DNA from: a virus
Direction: 5' to 3' (one strand)
Length of the DNA: 64,000 nucleotides
Virus record (IMG/VR): IMGVR_UViG_3300045988_138000
Position 1 is the stretch's first letter, and every line of letters begins with the position of its first letter. Shown here piece by piece: positions 27,304-34,226 of this stretch. The position numbers and the translations under genes are program-made. The notes below the pieces were generated by a model that did not search any database, was not told the DNA's origin, and saw only the letters and a program-made list of their open reading frames with translations.

Positions 27304-27382
27304 ATTGTAACTTAAAAAATCCGTAAACTTAAAAATAAAGAAATAACCGTCCCCTACGCTTAGGGGAAAATAATCTATTAAC

Positions 27383-27949
27383 CTATGAATAATCTTGTTC
27401 GTTAATGAAAGCCATACGACGACGGAAAAACTCTTTCTCGCCCGTAAGAATACAATCGGGCGACGTGCTCTCGTATGGAATATCTGTGTACCAGAATCCG
27501 TGATGCAAAAAGAGAGGCGGCGTAGTGTCGCCAAAGCTGAACGGAACGGGTACCTCGTTTCCTTCCTTGTCCTTTGCCGTAACAGGCTTAAAGGCAAAGA
27601 TGTCAATTAGCTTTGTCTCGCTTACAACGGGGAGCGCCTGCATCTCCTTCTCTAAGTCACTTCCTTTGATGGGAGTAAAGTAGGGCGTGCTCTGATAGCC
27701 TTCTGGTCTTGGTACTCTTACGTTTTCCCAGCCTTCCTTACTGACAGTATTTTTAAACTCGACAAAGAGAATGCCACCAGCATAGCCATCGCACGTTTCG
27801 TAGTAAGCATCAGCATGAACACTTTCTGCCCACGCACGAGCCTTTTCCTGGGCTTCCTTACATTCGTCGATAAACTCCTGCAGCTTCTTGCCTACCTCGC
27901 TGTCGGCTGCAAACTTGTAATAATAATGGGGTCTTTTTTTGCTACTCAT
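27383..27949 (-). CDS. hypothetical protein
   Basis: 188-aa ORF. Confidence 0.6.
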   Translation of the reverse strand: MSSKKRPHYYYKFAADSEVGKKLQEFIDECKEAQEKARAWAESVHADAYYETCDGYAGGILFVEFKNTVSKEGWENVRVPRPEGYQSTPYFTPIKGSDLEKEMQALPVVSETKLIDIFAFKPVTAKDKEGNEVPVPFSFGDTTPPLFLHHGFWYTDIPYESTSPDCILTGEKEFFRRRMAFINEQDYS

Positions 27950-27968
27950 AACTTCTATATTTTATTAT

Positions 27969-28298
27969 TTAACGAAAAAATTTATCACCTTCTTCTCCAG
28001 TTCTGCGCATTCGGCAATAGATAACAGGCTCACCGCTTTCGTCGTTTTTCATACTGAAACCACGAAGTGCCAACTCCTGAAGATAAAGGACAAGAGGGTC
28101 GCCATAAGGGCATACCACTGCCTTGAAGTAGGTCCTCAACTTCGAGTCGTTAAACACATCGCAGTCCTCCGTCCAAGCGCTCAGGGGCTTATAGGTCCGA
28201 CAGAACGCCTCTATCTTGGATTCAATCACGAAATCATCAAGCGTAACCACCGCCTGATCGTTATTGTCAATAAAATCGTCTTTCTTCTTTCTGCCCAT
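27969..28298 (-). CDS. hypothetical protein
   Basis: Track ORF 27969..28427, trimmed to the ATG at 28298 (MGRKKKDDF...) so that it no longer overlaps 28322..28930. Confidence 0.5.
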   Translation of the reverse strand: MGRKKKDDFIDNNDQAVVTLDDFVIESKIEAFCRTYKPLSAWTEDCDVFNDSKLRTYFKAVVCPYGDPLVLYLQELALRGFSMKNDESGEPVIYCRMRRTGEEGDKFFR

Positions 28299-28321
28299 AA
28301 CTATATTATATATAAGGAAAA

Positions 28322-28930
28322 CTATTTCTTTGTCTGCTTTCGATATTTGGCGACCAATACGCAAACGACAATCATCATAAATGCCAGAACGAAGGCCCTC
28401 ATCTGGATCTTGAATCTTCCCCACCATGAAGTAGTACTGTCCATAGCAGTATTTTTTTCTTTATCCAGATAGTTGCTGTCGTTTTTCTCCCAGTGGGTGC
28501 CAACATTCATCTTATTGCTCAACACCAGGCTGTCTATTGTAAGCTGCATCCGCGAGATGATTTCTTCCTGATGCTTCAGCCGTGCCTCGTAGGTGGCATT
28601 GCGCTCATAGTCGCCCTTACGGTGTATGGTTCGGTCGGTGGTGGTGGTCTTATTGCCCTGGGCATCCGTGCTCTCGGTCACTCGCTCAGTGATGGTCTCC
28701 TCGTTACTTCCCTTGTCGGTCATGGAGCCAGTAGTGAACTGTTCGGTGGTGGCAGCACTGATCGTACTGTCCATAGAAGTCTCCGACTTCACCACGCTGT
28801 CCTTAACGATGGCTACGACACTATCGCGCCGTTGCTCACTGCTCCACTTCTCCACCTTACGGGAGGAAGCGCAGCTCGCAAACATGATTACAGCCAGAAG
28901 CCATAACATTGCTGATTTGATTTTTTCCAT
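28322..28930 (-). CDS. lipoprotein with a C-terminal transmembrane anchor
   Basis: Signal plus lipobox, LLAVIMFASC. An S/T-rich middle region. The C-terminal helix is AFVLAFMMIVVCVLVAKYRKQTKK. Confidence 0.6.
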   Translation of the reverse strand: MEKIKSAMLWLLAVIMFASCASSRKVEKWSSEQRRDSVVAIVKDSVVKSETSMDSTISAATTEQFTTGSMTDKGSNEETITERVTESTDAQGNKTTTTDRTIHRKGDYERNATYEARLKHQEEIISRMQLTIDSLVLSNKMNVGTHWEKNDSNYLDKEKNTAMDSTTSWWGRFKIQMRAFVLAFMMIVVCVLVAKYRKQTKK

Positions 28931-28992
28931 AATTCGTCTTGTTGATTTACGCCTACAAAGTTAGAAAAAGCCGCTGACATCAACAGGACATA

Positions 28993-29030
28993 CTAAAACA
29001 CCGCCTACCCTATGGAATGGGTAAGCGGTG
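28993..29030 (-). terminator. intrinsic terminator after the Rep-like gene
   Basis: On the minus strand, caccgcttaccc-attccata-gggtaggcggtg (a 12-bp stem with one mismatch) is followed by TTTT. Confidence 0.65.
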
Positions 29031-29036
29031 TAATAA

Positions 29037-30182
29037 TCATTTATCCGATAAAGAATAATTCCAATTAACTATCTTGCCAAATACTTTGACGGAGCATTTT
29101 TTTACGTGCTTAATAACATCGTCGGTTAGACAACTCTCTACCCTTTCGCATTGCTCCCGACTTGCCTTTAAAAGTATAGTCTTTCCATCGTAGGACATAA
29201 ACCCAACCTTTCGCAGTTCGTCACCAGCCTCTCCATCAAGCATAGATAAGAGCTGCTGCCACTCTCTCTCCCCTGGCTGCTCATCAGCAAAGAGCAACGT
29301 CTGTTCCTTGGGCGCTGTCGCCTTCATCATCTCCTCGAAAGTATCGTAAACATTAAACTCGATAAAAGCAGGATTACCTACCTTGCGCTTACCATTGTAG
29401 ACAGGTTCATACGACACGCAAACGTCGAGTTGACCCATCTGCTTCAGTCGGTTTATATCGGCAATGCTATTGTCGAGTACATTCTTCTTGAATTGCGAAA
29501 ACTTAGGATAGGTCTCTTTCACAATTTCCGTACCACTAAATTCAAGCATACCTAAATACTTCTTGATTTTACTGACCGTAAGCCGGATTTTGCGCTCTTT
29601 CCAGTTATTGCCGCTTGCATCGCGCAGAATGTAATATATCATTGGCATACGCGCCACCTCACCAATCAAAGCAATGTTATCAGGATGTGACACATATCCC
29701 TCGGTCATATTGAAGGCATAGTCCAATACATAAAGGTGTTTGTCGGGATCTATCACTTGCGGGTTAAGCCCAAAAACAACTCCCGTGTTCTTAATAGACG
29801 TTTCGCCACTCAGAAAAACATTATACATGTGCATACCCCATGTACCATCCTCATTCTTCTTCGGACCTTCCACCTTTACGTCCAACACTTCTTTCATCGC
29901 TTGCTTCACGGCAAAGAAATTGTTTTCTGGTACACCTAACTCAGCATAGGAGATGTATATCTGGGTGACACCCGAATTTTTCACTGCCTCGGAGAACAGG
30001 GATTTGGGTACCTTGCGCGACTTAGCCAAATCTGAACCAAAGAACTCTTTTATGAAGGGCTGCAACTGCTCACTCACCTTCACCAGCACCGCCTGCTGCA
30101 ACAGCGACAGGTTCTTGCTCAACCTGGTGAAGGCAAAAGGCGTATTTATCCACTTTTGCGGTAATCGTTTCTCGTTTTCCAT
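29037..30182 (-). CDS. plasmid-type replication initiator (Rep-like)
   Basis: 381 aa, directly downstream of an iteron and AT-rich field. The N-terminal FAFTRLSKNLSLLQQAVLVKVSEQL resembles the Rep_3-type pattern. The call rests mainly on context. Confidence 0.5.
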   Translation of the reverse strand: MENEKRLPQKWINTPFAFTRLSKNLSLLQQAVLVKVSEQLQPFIKEFFGSDLAKSRKVPKSLFSEAVKNSGVTQIYISYAELGVPENNFFAVKQAMKEVLDVKVEGPKKNEDGTWGMHMYNVFLSGETSIKNTGVVFGLNPQVIDPDKHLYVLDYAFNMTEGYVSHPDNIALIGEVARMPMIYYILRDASGNNWKERKIRLTVSKIKKYLGMLEFSGTEIVKETYPKFSQFKKNVLDNSIADINRLKQMGQLDVCVSYEPVYNGKRKVGNPAFIEFNVYDTFEEMMKATAPKEQTLLFADEQPGEREWQQLLSMLDGEAGDELRKVGFMSYDGKTILLKASREQCERVESCLTDDVIKHVKKCSVKVFGKIVNWNYSLSDK

Positions 30183-30198
30183 ATCGTTTCCTTTCCTT

Positions 30199-30570
30199 TG
30201 AGGTAAAAAGTTACTAAATCTTTTTACCTATTTACTATTTCGTTTTACCTATTTACTAACTATTTTTCTTTACCTTGTACTTAAATCACTGAAAATCAGT
30301 AATTTCTCATAAACTCCTATAATATAGATAAGAAGAAACATATTTTTTCTTTATATATATATTTTAATAGTAAGGTAAAAATATTTAGTATATAGGTAAA
30401 AAGATTTAGTAAGATTTTACCTTATCGTCACCTTTCGAGTAAAGCAATTTAGTACTTCACATTTAAGGTAAAAAGATTTAGTAAAATTTTACCTTATCGT
30501 CACCTTATGGGTAAAGCGATTTTTCTTTCTTATGTTTGAGGTAAAAAGATTTAGTAAGATTTTACCTTAA
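30199..30570. repeat. iteron field / candidate oriV
   Basis: aggtaaaaagatttagtaaRattttaccttatcgtcacctt occurs at 30394, 30466 and 30539 (spacing 72-73 bp). A degenerate copy lies at 30372 and an inverted copy within the palindrome 30201-30229. TTTTACCTATTTACTA occurs twice. An AT-rich block lies at 30300-30370. Confidence 0.75.
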
Positions 30571-30923
30571 CCTTGAGAATATCTGTCGATAAACTCTATC
30601 ACTCCCTGGGCAGCCAGTTCCTGAAGCGTCTTACCCGTACATTCCTTCAGACGAGCCAAGCGGAAATAATAATCCATGGGGATTGTTACCTTTACACTTT
30701 TCTCTGTCTTTAAAGGTTGCATGGATAATGACTGTTGCGCTTCGGCTGTTGGCTGTTGGCTGCCAGTGGAAGAGGTGGTGGTAGCACTACCGCTCGCCGT
30801 ACCCGTTGAAGGCATAAAAAATGCCGACTGTTGCGAGGTCTGTCCTTGCTCGTATATTCCTTCTATTTTATCCATTGCGTCTGATTTATTCAAACCGAAT
30901 TTTTTTACATTTGGTCTTGCCAT
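30567..30923 (-). CDS. ParG-like ribbon-helix-helix partition/centromere-binding protein (candidate)
   Basis: 118 aa immediately downstream of parA. A disordered S/T/Q-rich N-terminal half is followed by KVTIPMDYYFRLARLKECTGKTLQELAAQGVIEFI, which is RHH-like. Confidence 0.45.
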   Translation of the reverse strand: MARPNVKKFGLNKSDAMDKIEGIYEQGQTSQQSAFFMPSTGTASGSATTTSSTGSQQPTAEAQQSLSMQPLKTEKSVKVTIPMDYYFRLARLKECTGKTLQELAAQGVIEFIDRYSQG

Positions 30924-30980
30924 AATATTCTATTGATTAAAAGTCCTCAATTATTTGTATGAAATTATAACATGAGCTGC

Positions 30981-31853
30981 CTACTGAGGCATACTCTCTA
31001 AGATTTCTTTCGTAAATCGCTCATAGTCCTGCCCTACCCTGCAGTAAGGTGCATAAGAAAAAATGTCGGTACCCATCGCCTGAGCTTCCACCATCTTGGT
31101 ATCTCTGCGGGTATATGAATCGAACACGTAGTCATCGAACTTCTCGCTCAGATATTCCTTGAACTGACGCGTCGCCTTGGTCTGGTCATTACTCATCACC
31201 TCCAACAGTCCACGAATATCCAGGTCCTCATTCAGGTCTTCCCTGGTCTCTATCACGGCATTGGTGATTTCTGCAATACCCTTTGTGGCCAACACTTCCA
31301 ACTGGACGGGGATAACGACACTCGATGCCGCCGCCAGCGCATTATAGGTAAGCAGCGACATGGCTGGAGGGCAGTCTATCAATACGTAGTCGAAGGCATC
31401 CAGGATGCTGCTTACGCCCTCGTCTGCGAGTTCTGTGCCCTGCATCTCCTGTAATGGCTTCAATAGGATTTTACGAAGGGCCTTGCGAGGCACCGCCATC
31501 TGGTTAAGAAAGGGCTCGATGCTGACCATCTTCTGTGAGGCCGGAGCGAGGTAGATACCTTCCTGCATCTTATATACGGGCAGGGAGGTCTGGTTGATAA
31601 GAGCATCGTAGGTGGTAGGCTTATTGTCGCTGTTCACCTGGTCCCAACCGAAAAGGAAAGACAGACTGACCTGTGGGTCGAGGTCTACGAGTAAGATACG
31701 TGGCTTTCGCTCCTTTCCGTCTGCACCCTTTCCGAAGTACCCTTTACCGAAGCGACGCAGCCCTGTTGCTAAACTCTGTACCGTTGTGGTCTTGCCTACT
31801 CCACCTTTATGATTCACGAAGGCGAGTATTTCTTTCAATCTTGTTTCTGCCAT
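30981..31853 (-). CDS. parA: ParA-family partition ATPase
   Basis: Deviant Walker A, VNHKGGVGKTTT. Also LLVDLDPQ and IDCPP. Confidence 0.85.
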   Translation of the reverse strand: MAETRLKEILAFVNHKGGVGKTTTVQSLATGLRRFGKGYFGKGADGKERKPRILLVDLDPQVSLSFLFGWDQVNSDNKPTTYDALINQTSLPVYKMQEGIYLAPASQKMVSIEPFLNQMAVPRKALRKILLKPLQEMQGTELADEGVSSILDAFDYVLIDCPPAMSLLTYNALAAASSVVIPVQLEVLATKGIAEITNAVIETREDLNEDLDIRGLLEVMSNDQTKATRQFKEYLSEKFDDYVFDSYTRRDTKMVEAQAMGTDIFSYAPYCRVGQDYERFTKEILESMPQ

Positions 31854-31904
31854 AATCTTTTTATTTAATGAATAATCTATTCGATAATGCTATAATGTGT
31901 AACC

Positions 31905-32450
31905 AAATACACCGAAGTACATAAGTACATTAGTACTAAAGTACGAACCTACGTATCTACGTACCTACATACGTACCTATGATTTTTCATACGTGCAAAG
32001 ATACAACTAAAAAACATAACTACCAACTATTTTCCGTTTTATATTTTAAATATTAAGTATTTTTATAGGTTCGCATCTATGAACGAATGAAAATATGAAC
32101 GTAGATACCTATCAGCATACGAACCCACGTACCTACGTGCGAATAAACGTATGAACCTACGTACCTACGTGCATACGAAAGTGCATAAGTACGTAGGTGC
32201 AAAGATACGAAAGTACGAATGCGTGGAAGTTTGGACGTATCGAAGTGGAAAGGAGTGGACGTTGAAAGGTGCAATCGTATAAAGTACTAAAGTACTAAAG
32301 TGCAATAATATTAAAGTATAATGGTGTATTTGCATAAAAGTACAAAAGTACAATAGTTTTAAAGTGTAATTGTGTAAACGTATAAAAGTACTAAAGTACT
32401 AAAATACAATAACACAAAAGTACAATGGTGCAAAAGTATAAAAGCGCAAT
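31905..32450. repeat. GTAC-rich short direct repeats (centromere/operator candidate)
   Basis: About 17 GTAC cores sit within AAGTAC(T/A)A and ACCTACGTA units, for example aaagtactaaagtactaaagtgc at 32281 and acgtacctacgtgc twice. The region lies directly upstream of parA. Confidence 0.7.
31996..32027 (-). promoter_or_regulatory. Bacteroidota-type promoter for the par operon (TTG-N20-TATCTTTG)
   Basis: On the plus strand, caaagata lies at 31996-32003 and caac at 32024-32027. The GTGCAAAGATAC box recurs at 32197-32208. Confidence 0.45.
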
Positions 32451-32459
32451 GGTCATCGC

Positions 32460-32660
32460 CATTAGGGGTAACAGCCATCAGTAGCACGCCCTGTAAGGGC
32501 AGAAGCTCTTAGCCCAGGGTAACACCCTGGGTATAATGGCAAAAAGCAATGCGCCCTGTAAGGGCAAAAGCTTTATACATTGCCAGGAGATTTTAAGCTT
32601 TTGCCCTTACAGGGCGACAGGTTACCGCATAAAATAACCCAGGGCGTGCTGGGGGAACTC
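32460..32660. repeat. cluster of GC-rich hairpin repeats downstream of the lipoprotein gene
   Basis: cccagggtaacaccctggg lies at 32513-32531. Perfect 22-bp arms cgccctgtaagggcaaaagctt / aagcttttgcccttacagggcg lie at 32552-32573 and 32595-32616. A related agccatcagYagcacgccctRtaagggc also occurs at 16370-16400. Confidence 0.8.
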
Positions 32661-32668
32661 TTTTGAAT

Positions 32669-33655
32669 TTATATGTTAATATCATTACCTTCCTGTTGCC
32701 ATTCATCTTTGATGGAAAGTGAGAGGGAGGCGCGGTGATTGTAAAATGAACCTGTAATAGTCGTTATCTTGTTGCGCTCCAGGCGGACGTTAGGTACCGT
32801 GATAGTTGCATAGGGCGTGGGGGTGTTCTTGCGGTTCATCGTGAAGGTGATGTCGGCTGAATAGCCGTCTTTCGGGCAAAGCACGAAGTAGGCAATGGTG
32901 GTGCCTACGGTACCGGCAAGAGAGGAAACATCAGAGCTGCGCTGATTTTTCACATGGTCCATAACGTCCAAGGTCTGCCAGTTGATAGTGCGGTATTCGT
33001 TGAATGTGGCATCGATGGTGCTGCAATCGTCCGGGAACGCATCGGTGCTGTTGATCACCATCTTCGCCACCAATCGTTCCAGGGAGATGACGGCCACCTC
33101 GTTCTGACCCACGGCAACCGTTATGTCCTTCACTGCGCCGAAGCTGTCTGAGGTTTTGTCGCTCGTCCAGACGACGGGCTCCGTGGTGGATGATACAGGC
33201 GTCAGCAGGTTGTCAGTAAGTGCAAAGGGAGTGCTGGTTGCGTCGAGGAGGGTAGGGGCGGTGCTGCGAGTTGCTATCACCTTGAGGGTATGCTCGCCAT
33301 AGTCGAGCGTCAGGTCAGGCTCGGCGAAGTCGGCTGCCGTGTTCGTCTGATGGAGCACTTGGAGCAACTTGCCTGTCGCCTTGTCGTAGTCCAGGATATA
33401 CAGGTCTGTGAGCTCTTTGCCGTTGGCAACAAGGGAGGCTCGCGTAGTTGCATCGAACATTGGAGCTACGGCTGCCTTAGCAAAGGATGAGGGCTGTGAG
33501 GCACTAACGAAACGCAACTTGACGTGAGCCTTACCAGCAGGCTGTTCCTGTTGCTGCTCGTCCTGAAGGTGAAAACTCTCGCATGATGTCATCGTGGGCA
33601 TCAGCAGAGCTGCAGCCATGGCCATGGTGCAACAAACAAATAGTTTCTTTTTCAT
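32669..33655 (-). CDS. surface lipoprotein (possibly fimbrillin-like)
   Basis: Signal plus lipobox, MKKKLFVCCTMAMAAALLMPTMTSC. The mature part is rich in beta strands. The fimbrillin comparison is a weak impression only. Confidence 0.6.
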   Translation of the reverse strand: MKKKLFVCCTMAMAAALLMPTMTSCESFHLQDEQQQEQPAGKAHVKLRFVSASQPSSFAKAAVAPMFDATTRASLVANGKELTDLYILDYDKATGKLLQVLHQTNTAADFAEPDLTLDYGEHTLKVIATRSTAPTLLDATSTPFALTDNLLTPVSSTTEPVVWTSDKTSDSFGAVKDITVAVGQNEVAVISLERLVAKMVINSTDAFPDDCSTIDATFNEYRTINWQTLDVMDHVKNQRSSDVSSLAGTVGTTIAYFVLCPKDGYSADITFTMNRKNTPTPYATITVPNVRLERNKITTITGSFYNHRASLSLSIKDEWQQEGNDINI

Positions 33656-33704
33656 TTTCTTTTAGTTTTTAGTTAATAAAAGAATTTAGTAGACGAAACG
33701 GATT

Positions 33705-33932
33705 TTACCCTACAAGCGACCTTACCAGATTTTCGCCTTTCTCCGTCAACTTATACACATCCTCGCCGAACATTCTCTGATACCACGTCTCAAGATACCC
33801 TGCTTCTACGAGTTCCTCCAGTTCCGGACTTTTTGGCTTTTCGTCTACACGTCGATAAGCCGCAAATCCTTTCTTCTGAATGTGCTTCAATGTTTCAATC
33901 TGACTCTTTGAAAATTTCTCTGTTTCTGCCAT
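33705..33932 (-). CDS. hypothetical protein
   Basis: 75-aa colinear ORF. Confidence 0.5.
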   Translation of the reverse strand: MAETEKFSKSQIETLKHIQKKGFAAYRRVDEKPKSPELEELVEAGYLETWYQRMFGEDVYKLTEKGENLVRSLVG

Positions 33933-33958
33933 AATTCTCTAAATATTAAAAATATTGA

Positions 33959-34207
33959 TTATTTTCCGTTCACAATCTCGTTATACTCCTCTTCGGATAT
34001 TACTCCCTTTTCCTTCTGCTCATAGAAAAAACGTCTCGCAAACAATCCCATCGTGTGCCTCAGACTCTCACATGCCAGTCGAAGGTTCTCGCCTTCGAGT
34101 GCATCCTGGGTAAAGTTCTCCCCGTCCTTCTGGCAACAAACGTCTGCCGTCACAGTCTTACCGTCGGTTTCCACAGAAATAACAATATCAAATAGTTTCT
34201 TTTTCAT
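33959..34207 (-). CDS. hypothetical protein
   Basis: 82-aa colinear ORF. Confidence 0.5.
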   Translation of the reverse strand: MKKKLFDIVISVETDGKTVTADVCCQKDGENFTQDALEGENLRLACESLRHTMGLFARRFFYEQKEKGVISEEEYNEIVNGK

Positions 34208-34226
34208 TTTCTTTTTGTATTAATGT

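Noticed and set aside
32077-32353. ORFs of 62-65 aa inside the GTAC repeat field
   Set aside because: They are translations of short DNA repeats (YVGTYV.., HLRTYA..). The region is better explained as centromere or operator DNA.
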